In this document: piece after piece, positions 54,174 to 64,000 of the stretch
Layout of the letters: every line of letters begins with the position of its first letter
Position numbering within the stretch: position 1 is the stretch's first letter
Assembly (NCBI GenBank): GCA_023334545.1
Contig: JAADVB010000029.1
Span: forward strand, 1-64,000
Direction of reading: 5' to 3'
DNA: 64,000 nucleotides
Source of the DNA: Salisapilia sapeloensis CBS 127946
Lineage: Eukaryota > Protista > Oomycota
The notes under the pieces: generated by a model
Databases searched by the model: none
What the model was told of the DNA's origin: nothing
Seen by the model: the letters and a program-made list of their open reading frames with translations, nothing else
Program-made: the position numbers and the translations under genes

Positions 54174-54542
54174 TTAGCTACTCTGAGGCGTCAGCAGATC
54201 GTCATCGGAGGTGAGAAACCTGTTATGGGCATTGGCATAAAGTTTGTAGGTAACAATTCCGATCGCGGCAGCACCAACGACGGAGCCAACTACAACTGCC
54301 GCCACAGCTCCAGTTTCCATTGCTGAGCCCTCCGATTCGCCCTCGTCTTCTTTCGTAAAGGCAGCATCTGTCACAATGGCAGTTGAGGTCGGATGAGACG
54401 GCGAGGAGCCGGCTGCCATTTCTTCAGAACTGGAGTCATTGGATAAGGGAGCTGATCTTAGCAATGGACAAGGCGTCTTTTGTCCTTGAGTGACCGCAGT
54501 GAATAGCCCCGCAAAGAGTGTCAAGCATTGCCAAGTCTTCAT
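54174..54542 (-). CDS. Small type I membrane protein (signal peptide, Ser/Thr-rich stalk, TM, acidic dileucine tail)
   Basis: MKTWQCLTLFAGLFTAVTQG signal; TM GAVAAVVVGSVVGAAAIGIVTY; tail SDDDLL. Confidence 0.7.
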   Translation of the reverse strand: MKTWQCLTLFAGLFTAVTQGQKTPCPLLRSAPLSNDSSSEEMAAGSSPSHPTSTAIVTDAAFTKEDEGESEGSAMETGAVAAVVVGSVVGAAAIGIVTYKLYANAHNRFLTSDDDLLTPQSS

Positions 54543-54946
54543 TTGATCTTTTTCGCTCCGATTAACAAGGATTCTGATAGCCACTTATCCGACACATCTT
54601 TTAGATGTGCAGGAACCCGACGTCGTCCCGGCCATGGACACCTCTTGAAGGTATCTCAAGTTAATCAACCTTTTGTTCGACCAAGAAACCAACGCTAGAC
54701 CTTATTAATTTAGTCTTATTTATTATTAACGCCGACTTTCATCATGTCTATAATCACTAAAGAAAATGAAAAGAGCATGTTTAATATTCGTTTGAATCCT
54801 GCGCCAGTGCTGCCCCCATGTGGCTCAGGACCACAAGCTGATCTGTCTAACTCGAGTTTATAGCTCAAAATATAGTTTCTTTGTAGGAGACAGGAGATAT
54901 ATAGCTTTTAAGTGATTTTACATAGAAAGGGTACATTTTGCTCAAT

Positions 54947-56474
54947 ATGGATGTTGAAAACTATGGATGCGACCAACATCTTCCTGGAATGGACCGAGAT
55001 TACGCGGGAGACTTGCGTCGGAGCAACCCAAGCAGTGCATCTGCACGACCTACTACTGTCGATTCTAGTAAGCAGAATGGTCATGGCCATCGTATAATAC
55101 GACATCCATCGAACTTGAGCTATGACACAGTGGAGGTGAAGCAAGAGCTGTTGGACGAACTACAGACCGATAGCAACTCGGCACCTCCATCAACGAGTAA
55201 TGGGCTAATCATTCCATTTGTCGCGCCTCTTCTAGACGTGTCCACTACCAGATATGTTCTTGTGGATGAGGGTCGTTCGCCAAGACAATTTAAAGGAGAT
55301 TTGCCTCGCATGCTGCAAGCAATGCACGAGTTCTCGTCCAAGTACAGATCCGTTGCATTCTTCCAATGCGTATCAGACAAGTATGCTAGCTTAACTTATG
55401 GATATTCAGGTACATATTTATCTTCTCTTCCTATCAAGTCTATCAAGTATGATAGGGTCATGCATATCTAGACATGGACACTTCGCCTGCGTATCTTGCG
55501 ACTATCGAAAGGCTCCTTCATCAAGTCCACAAGAGTATCTTGTCAGATGGCGATGCTGGACTGGAAGGCATCGATATATGCTTCAGTAACATTCCATGCA
55601 TTAATAATTGACAAGAGTAGGATCTAATCATGTATCTTGAACGATAGTTGCTGCGATTGAAAAGAACTGGGATAGTGTCCACAACTTTTACTCTCGCGCG
55701 CAGTCAAAAGCAGCGAATAATACCTCGATTACCTCATTAAGTGACACGTACAAACAACAAGGTTCTTCCGAAGTGAGGTTGACCGTAAAGCCTCCATCAT
55801 CTCGAGTGTCTTCAAAAGGAGATGACACGTGCAATACAGACATCTCTAGTACCTGTAGTGAAACAGCTCTTCCAAACACGACATCCTATACCTCTAGTAC
55901 TACAGTCAGCGAAGACCATAGTAGACAGAAGGAGGAAGAGTTCGACGGCGATGAGTCTGCCAAAGATCCAGGACTCAAAACTGCAGCGAGTGACTTGAGC
56001 GAGTCTGTGGACGACGAGCTGATGTACACAGATCTTCAGCGTCTTACTCAAAAGCTAGAAGAGCGTAGGCAGTCTCTAAAAGAGCAAGAGGAGGCATACA
56101 AATCAGAAGTCGAGCGTTTGCGTCAGGTAACGACCAAGATCCGACTCGCCAAGAAGAAGCTTAAGCGACTACGGAAAAAAGAAAAGGAAAGGAAACGTTT
56201 ACGTCGGGAGATGGAAGAAGTAGAAAAGCACAAACATGACGAAGAAAGCGGGAGTGCGTGCAGGAAAGCTCGGAAAAAGATGGAAAAGTACAAGAACGAC
56301 GTGTACTGGCGATGGCAGTTGCTCCAGTCCGAAGCCCATCGATACGATCTTCTCGTCGATCAGAAACTCCAGGAGCTCCGACGCGAGTACAATAGCGTGA
56401 GTTTCTTCCCGACGGATGATTTTCTTCAGTCATAGGACAACGTCTTCCTCGCCAAAGTTATAAGAAGGCATTAG
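54947..56474 (+). CDS. Hypothetical protein with C-terminal coiled coil; 4 exons
   Basis: Three GT-AG introns join ORF 54938-55471 to ORF 55773-56435 and a short last exon (DNVFLAKVIRRH*) in frame; Lys/Glu-rich coiled coil; no family recognised. Confidence 0.6.
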
Positions 56475-56540
56475 TTGCGTGTAAAATGCATTCTTTTTCG
56501 TGTTCAATGTACCTTGTTCCTAAACTGTTTCTCGTCCGTC

Positions 56541-59500
56541 TTAAAGCACCGATGGGTGCAACGTGTACTGTGGTTCCTTTTGATTACGTAGGCGAGACAC
56601 TTCCGAGAAGATGCGCTGGTGCAGCCACAACGACTCGAGGTACTGGTACCGCGCATGGTCTAAGCGCAGTGGCCGACCACGCTGCAGTCCAACATCTTCC
56701 TCTCCATGGTCATCCACGTACGGACATGGGAAGTGGGCAGCCATACTGCCGCCAATGATAGCCACACGACACTGGTCCAGCAGCAGCACGATACCGACGC
56801 CGCCACCACACTCGATCGCGTGACGAGTACACTCTCCGACGGTCTGACCAGTGGAGATGATCGGGTTCGAGCAGCATGCGTCGCCACAGCACAGCAGGTC
56901 GCCACACAAGAGACAGACGGCACCATCACTTGGCTTGTCTCCGCAGTTCTCGCACGACTTATCTGACATGGCAGAGTAGAGCTCATCATAGTGCGCCGGG
57001 AGTTCAATCAGTCGCGGCGTCTCCTTGACATCCCGTACGATGAAGAGGCTCGCCATGAAGTTCTCGCTCGCACCCTCTGCATGGTCGCACTTGCTCGAGT
57101 TACTCGGAGGTTTCAGTTGTTGCTTGCTCTGCATGCGATCGAGACACCAGCGCCACACGTGTTCCAGTGCCGGTCGATCTGCCTGGACTAGGTCCTGCAG
57201 ATTAGGAGTCGACACCAAGTTGGCATGTGCTCTCGCAGCTTCATCACCCAAGAGACATCGAGCGAACATCTTCATACGACGAATTAGTAGACGATTGCCA
57301 TCCAAGATCGGCTCCAGTCGATGCGCAATGTCCTTGACACTCGGTGGCATGAGTTCTTCCGGGATCAAGTCTTCTACCTCCTCAGCTTCCGCCATGAACT
57401 GGAGCACCAAGAGAGCATAGTAGCTTTCATTCGCTTCTCCCTTGAACTTCGACACGAGTTTATGTAAAGCATCACGAGGCTTGACACGCGGCTTGGTCGT
57501 CCGGCTCGTTCTTCCTGCCATATTACGAATATTCTTCCAGTCGTTACGTGTCCGTGGTCCCTTCTTCCGCTTTCCATACGCAGACGTTAAAAACGACGGC
57601 AGATCATGCTCTCGATAGTCCTTATCAGCTGTAAGTGGAGGCTCTCGCTTACGTTCTTGTAGGAACTCAGTATACAGTCGCTGCAATAGATCCGCTGCAG
57701 AGAAGACTGGGAGCAACTGCCAGATCATATTCGTGTCTTTCGCTAGCACAGACGAAATGACAAAGCAAGTGAACGGATCTGCTTCAAGCAACCCACGCAC
57801 TGTCGGTCGTAAACATGCATCGACAGTACTCAGGAGCGTCGTGTACTTGCGAAAGTCTCTCCTCGTTTCCATATTCACCGGACACGCACGTCGAGCTGTT
57901 TCCCACACGATCTTGGCGTCAGCACAGTGTTCCAACAGTCCAAATGACCAGCGACAGAACTTTGTAACAGACTTGAGCGACGCTAACTCCTTCTCTAACG
58001 TCGGTGGACAGTCATCTACAAGCGGTTCAAACGTCTGCTTTCCTTCACTCTCCTTATCTGCAACGAGGAGGAAGGATGCGACGGAGAAGGCGCATGCAGG
58101 CCATAAGAACGGACCGCCCTTCTCGAGACTCCCATGCGGTTCCCATAAGTTCGACTCAAAGTACGATCGCCATTGGTTATGCGCAGACGTCCCAGCTCGT
58201 TGCCATTCACTCCCTTGACCAAGCACAGGACGACACCAGTCCGACGCTTGATCTCGATTCTGAATCACTGTCGGCCACGCATGCATCTTCCTAGCGACCG
58301 GCACCATGGCCTTGACTTCAATGTCTTTATCGACCCCAGACGGATCGGACAGCGGGAGTAAAAAGTTACAAAGCGTCTTGCAGAGCGGACATAAGAACTG
58401 GTTCATCATCGAATCTGGATCAATCGCCTGGACACCATCGAAGTCTTCCCCTCGAATCGCCTTGTCATGCAAAGAAGTGATATACCGGTCCAAGCAGCTC
58501 ATGTGCACGGCATGCTGGCACGTACGTACGTGAAGTCCACATGGCGTTGGATCTAGCTTGACACACGTATGCGAATGGAATTCGAGACCAGGAGGTCCAC
58601 CAAACCGACGCGAGAAAGGATCTGTCGCAAAGTACTCTTCCTCATCTTCTTCACTATCAAAGTCATACGCTTCGTCTTCTATCGCGTGACGCACGTGCAA
58701 CGATCTCGCCATCGCAGCACTCTCGCCATCACTCACAGCCGTTGGAGGTTCCGGTGCAGGCGACGGGGGCGTCAGACTTGAGTTATCCTGCCATTCAATC
58801 GCTGCATCCTCCATCGCTTCTGTTTGTGCAGGAGCTACAGGTGTCGGAGCTGTCGTGTTCGCTTGAGGCTGCGTCTGTCCACGTCTGCGAGCTGCTCGAG
58901 GACTCTGACGCTGCTGCCGATGACGTGCACGTGCAGCAAGGATCGCCAGATTCGGATGTGGTTCATCTATTTCGATCCCTTCGTCGTCAAAGCCTTCATC
59001 CGATCCCCACGCATGGACATGGGGGAATGGTCGAATGTGAGAAGCACGTGCAGGCACACCAGCATCACCATACGACAGTCCCATACGTACGCACAGGTTG
59101 CGCACACTAATTCTCACGTCTTCTCCATCACCTTCCACTAGCGCAATCGACGGATCTGGACGGAACCCTGTCGCTAAGACAGTCGACTGATGGACATACG
59201 CTGTCACACCCATCTCATGCTGCTTGGACGAGTCGTGGCAGAGGATGCACTTGGGTCCTTCTTCCTCTGGTTTATGTCGCTTCGATGCTTCTTGCGCCGT
59301 ATCCTCCGACAGTCGACGCTTCCGACTCGACTCTTCCGCCTCCATCTTTTCTTCCGTCTCGTCTTCATCCTCCATCTTGGACATCATCGCCTGGAATGCC
59401 TGCTGCTGCTTCGCCATCGCGTCCATCGCTCGCTTCCTCGCTTGTGCCTTCCGATCTTCCAATGTCGGTGCTTCCTTTTTTACCGCTCCATCACTCTCGT

Positions 59501-62500
59501 TCTTCTTCTCATCACCCGAGCGTTTCTCTTCTAGCTGAGCCAAGAGGTCTCGACAGGCGGAAGATCGGTCTTTGAGAGCAAAGACGATCCAACCTAAAGA
59601 CCCCTTCTGTTCACTATCAAACCCGGTCTTGGGTGTGTGATGCAGACGATAAATCAAATGGACGACAGACATATTATCCAGCGACTTGTTCAATGCACAT
59701 AATTGGTTCCAGTACTCTTCATTCGCACTACGTGATGCAGTATGGATGCCATGTACGACGAGATGAAGACATGTCGACACGACTGCATCCGATACATCCG
59801 TCTCAACGGAACTGGTACTCGTCTCGGCACGCAAGACTTTCCATAAGACGATCTGGATAAAGTATACAGCCGACTTGCACGTCAAAATATCTTGAACCGG
59901 ACGTAAAAACGCGACAGGCATTCTCGCTGCTTGCAACGGCTCTGGCGGTGGAGACGAAGGATCTTGCTTCGACTGCATCAACTTCCGGCTAACAGTCCAC
60001 CGATCTCGTGCAAGCTCATGCTTCTCTCGATTCAGATGCAAAAAGTAAGGATTATACTTCTCCAACAGCCCTTCCTTGAGTTCATAGCGTCCAGGCTCGA
60101 TACCGGACGGAGGGACAAAGTCCGCGACTTCCGAAAGCACGTTCTCGAGCCTCGGGATCGTCACGTCATCTTGACCTGATGGTAGGATCGCTAGTTCAAA
60201 CAACCTGCTGAAGGACGACGGTTTCGCACACAAATGTTGCAGCATTTCATCTGCCAAGAACTCGTGCTCCAGGTCCTTCCCGACGCTACTCGGGAGGTTC
60301 GTTCCTAACACGATAATCAGACGCAAGAACTCTTCGAGCATCTGAAGCGCTTGTTGTGTGTCGACACCAGGTTCAAGTAAAGCGTAATCCATATCCTTAA
60401 TCGCTTTCTTCGCCGATCCACTCGGTTTATCTAATGGCGGCTGGACGTCTGGACGAATAAAGTACGTTGCCAATTGGAATCGATCTAGTAGCTTGGATAG
60501 AACATCATCCGGTCCAGAAGCGAGGATACCAAGCTGCAAGAGAAAGACATCTGCGTCTTGATAATGAAGACAATACGGCAGCGCAGAGTAGTTATACACT
60601 TGTGCAGACATATTCTCATCGCCATTCCGACGCCAGAGTTTCGACTGGATCTGCGCTTTAAACACTAGCGCTCGCATCGGCATTTCGATCAAATTCATAT
60701 AAGCTGAAGCATCCAATTGATCCAGTCCAAAGACCTTTAAGAAAGCTTCAGGACTCGACAACTCATCCGTAAAGTCTGGTTTTAATAAAGCCAAGTGACG
60801 AATGGACGTCGACAAGTACCTGTGCAACGGTTGATGGAACGAGACAGGTTGGCAAGCAACGTTATAGTCGTAGCTAAGGACTGTACGCACCGAGCTCTTC
60901 TTCGTCTTGCCACTTCCTCCGACGCCAGCGATTTCATCCACCGCACGCAACTTCTTCACTTGAATACCATCGTTTATCGCGGCTGAGCGATTCAGAGCGC
61001 GACTAGTGATAGGAGCAATGAGCTCTGCAACCGTCAGTAGTCGCGCACGCATCTCGTCACGAGTAAAGTCTCGCCAGGTGAGAGGGAAGATCGAGTGCAT
61101 GCGAATGCCAAGATTAAACATACTCAACCAACTATCCGGCTCGTACTCGACGTGGCTCTCTCCAACACCACGTCGCGTCTGCACATCAGCGTTCTGAAGT
61201 AACTCGAGCGATGCCAGCCACGCCTCTAGGTTCCGACGATCACACACGAGTTCATTCGCCATTCCACGGACGTTGAAGACGTACTCGAGGTTATCCGTAC
61301 AGTGCTTATACTTTTGACTACTAAGCGCAGCGTCTTCAACGTTAAGCACTCGATCCTGCGTTCGTATCGCCGAGTTAAAGATCGTCTCGAGAGCTTTTAA
61401 AAGCACAGGAACAATCTCCGGTCGTTCTGGGTGTTGTCGAGCTTGTTCTCGCGTGTATCGTGTGACAAGAGGCGGGACCGTTAGGAATTGGACAGCAAAG
61501 TCAAAGACCGTATCTCGAGAGTTTGCTAGTCCATGCAAAAACGAGTTCGTCAGGTCTTGATAGTTCTCCACGTACGACTCGAGCATACTAGTACGAAAGC
61601 GAGTGTCTAGAAGATGTTCGCGAAGAAGACTGTGCACTTCGTTACTCGCAGTCTTGCTTAAAGCACAGTCATATCGGACGATCAAGTCTAACGCCGAGCT
61701 CGGACGAGAGGATCGTCCTTCCATCGATGCGTGGGTAGAAAACTTACGAATGACGTCAGTACAACCATCACGAATGCTCTGGTGGTGCGTATACACGGAC
61801 GTCTGCGTCACTTGGTCGATAAAGACCTGGATGAGTTGGTTATCAAAGGTCGCATCAACTTTCGCATTTGAAGTCGTGGCAGCATCCTTTGGTGGCGGAT
61901 AGGAATACAATTCGCTCGTGACAGTCTTCATTTCATTCACCCATTGCGACATGGTCTTATCGACAGATACGACCGATCGAATGATGTCGATAAACTCTGG
62001 TTTAAGCTTCGACTGGTACTCAGTTAAAAAGTCCTTGACCGTCTTATCTGGATACAATGGCGTCGGAAGAGCATCCATACGTTCACTGACACTCGTACGA
62101 GGCTTCTGGAGTGCTTCGGACACGACTTCAGCAAGACCATCGGACAAGGTACTAATACGCTGGAGACTCTGCATACTGTGCAAGAGCATTCGACGCTGGG
62201 ATTTCCACCATGAAGGAAGTACCGACACGTTCGTAGGTTTCTTCGCAATACTCGCAGCCGTGGCAATGCAATGCAGCAGCTCCTTTTCGAGAATAACCAC
62301 GTCGCTACTTTCATCATTCTCTCGAATGAGACTGCGGATTCGAGGTCGAGACATGCCGAGCGTACTCTCGAGATTGCGTAACGTATCATCTAGATGCGTC
62401 ACGTCGTCCGTATGGAGGTGGACACCAAAGCGTTTGAATTTCTCCACATTCGCACTTTCGCCATTCGTCTTACTTTCATTCTCTGATCGAGCACGAGTAG

Positions 62501-63623
62501 CGTCTCTAGCACTGCTTTCATTTGATCTAGACGTCTCGTTCGTGTGTCGAGTCGAACGAGACGATGGGTTCCACAGAGATAGATCACCCCGGTACTCTGG
62601 TGGTCGTCGATCACCAAAGACAGACATCTCGAGCGACGTGTAAAAGTCCGATGACTGCATGTCCATGGACTGTGCTTCCTGCTTCAGAGGTGGTGACAAC
62701 TCTTCCAACGCAGACGTTGGAATGTTACGAGCAAACACTTCCATGGCATTTGCTAATTCGAAACCATTGTGTAGCACGAGTAAAGAGTCATAGATCTGCT
62801 CGACGACAGTATCGACAGCGATAGGCGCCGCCGTCGCTATCGCCTTCGGAAGCTTTTGCTTTCGAGTTCCAGGTGTCTCATTCGCTTTCACACCTGGATG
62901 CTTCGAACAAAAGCCACTCGGTTTCCATGCCTTCATTCATATTTGTCAATAATCTATCCTAAAGAATTCATGATACAAGATAAACGTACATGAGGATCTC
63001 CACAGTCGCATGAACTTCCTGCTGTCGTTCGTTGGAAGTAGACGTCATGTCCAGCATGATCACTAATCGATAAATCCACATTAGAGCATGGTATTATCCG
63101 TTTTTTAGTAGAATACATACCTATGCATGAAGCAATCTTTACAAGTGACACAGGTCGTATCGACCTGACAAGTACGACAGCTATAGGCGATTTCATCTGC
63201 GCCAAAGATAGCGCCACAGACGCGCTTGCGAGCAGTCCGTTGGAGCCTCGCGACGATTTCAATCGGTTGGCGACTCTTGTCTTTCGCACCAGCACACAGC
63301 GCCGTGACCATCGTAAAGAGCGTGTCTATGGAAATATACCTCTCTCCACCAACCAAAATGCCTCCTTGGCTTTTGTTACAGCCACCGTCCATCATGTATT
63401 TGGCCAGGACAGCATACTGGAGCACTTGCTGCAGCTCTTCCTGCTGAAACCGTCGCTGTCTCTGCGTACCAGTCTCCTTCGGTGCCTTTCCGACAGTCTT
63501 GGCGACCTCGGTCGCACTCCTTTTCTTGTCAGCAGCCTTCTTACTCTCCTGCTGACTCTTGGCTTTCTCGACGGCCGACTTGGGCTTCGCCGACACTTTC
63601 TTCTTATCACGTAGAGTGACCAT
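56541..63623 (-). CDS. UBR1: UBR1/UBR2-type N-recognin E3 ubiquitin ligase; 3 exons
   Basis: UBR box across two introns (CGAIFG..YSCRTCQVDTTCVTCKDCFMHS|DHAGHD..SSCDCGDPH|AWKPSGFCSKH), ClpS-like VHLHTDDVTHLDD, split RING (CILC..CGLHVRTCQHAVHMSC..FLCPLCK), C-terminal CLLCG..HAIECGGG..PYVDDHGEED.GL.RG.PL. Confidence 0.92.
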
Positions 63624-64000
63624 TTCGTCTGTATTTATACCTAGATGTGTTGAATGCAATGCGTCTACCCTCTGGTGCCACCACAGACGTTCGCTGCCGC
63701 CTTCTCCGCTTCCAACTCGATAGACGGCCGAAGTGAATTTTCAACCAATCTTCGCCTGGTCGTCTTTATCAGTGTTAGAATGAGGAAATGTAACATCTTC
63801 AAGAAAGTATGGGTGGATCGGAATAAAAGAAGAAATCTTCAAGAGGCAGACATAAGAGTTTTGACGAAATGGGAGGACCGAAGCAAACTTTAGACAGAAT
63901 GTGAAACCTTGAATGCGATGGGAGTATGCACCTAGGAAAACGAGTGGTAAGCGTACATGAAGACAATGAAGGACCAGATCTGGAATAGATAGTTAATGAA

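Noticed and set aside
19067-54542. RxLR or CRN effector motifs in signal-peptide proteins
   Set aside because: No RxLR-dEER or LFLAK motif after the signal peptides of the repeat protein, C69 peptidase, p24 or the small TM protein.
58400-59260. UBR RING finger interrupted by a long low-complexity insert
   Set aside because: A split RING is an established feature of the UBR1-3 family.
2384-63623. Apparent functional clustering (ubiquitin/SUMO: NSE2, CSN7, F-boxes, UBR1; ribosome/RNA: DHX33, three RPLs, PUM3, DEAD-box, Obg)
   Set aside because: The genes are interspersed with unrelated ones, and these categories are common in gene-dense core regions; no evidence of a cluster without statistics.
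1-64000. tRNA, rRNA, snRNA, CRISPR arrays, intact transposons, recoded stops or non-canonical (GC-AG, AT-AC) introns
   Set aside because: None were detected by eye; all modelled introns are GT-AG and all genes translate with the standard code.

Overview
This is a gene-dense eukaryotic nuclear segment in the standard genetic code, with short (about 45-70 nt) GT-AG introns. It is most likely from a flagellated oomycete-type stramenopile, inferred from intron style, IFT140 and the protein repertoire. I reconstruct about 31 protein-coding genes; many are multi-exon, so the ORF track fragments them. They include a WW-domain protein, NSE2/MMS21, CSN7, DHX33, a ferric reductase, RPL35A, RPL27, RPL6, a doubled RanGAP, homoserine dehydrogenase, a secreted 7-repeat protein, two head-to-head F-box/SPRY paralogues and an ArfGAP-DENN-IQ protein. 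Further along are a C69 dipeptidase, p24/TMED, a DEAD-box helicase, PRP31, a 2OG-Fe(II) oxygenase, an Obg GTPase, an HSF, a claudin-like/ankyrin protein, PUM3, IFT140, an IQ protein, an RCC1-repeat protein, a UBR1-type E3 and several orphans. I found no tRNA, rRNA, CRISPR array or intact mobile element. The best leads are: (1) an ArfGAP-DENN-IQ protein ending in what looks like the plant NACK kinesin tail (DUF3490); (2) a signal-peptide protein built from seven PFU-like repeats; (3) oversized, strongly structured introns in ribosomal protein genes (a C/D-box RNA candidate and a three-way junction in RPL6, and a structured leader with alternative pairings in RPL35A); (4) an internally duplicated RanGAP; (5) an inverted F-box/SPRY pair with five matching intron positions; (6) a claudin-like 4TM plus ankyrin fusion. 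All family assignments are by eye from remembered motifs; no database search was run.
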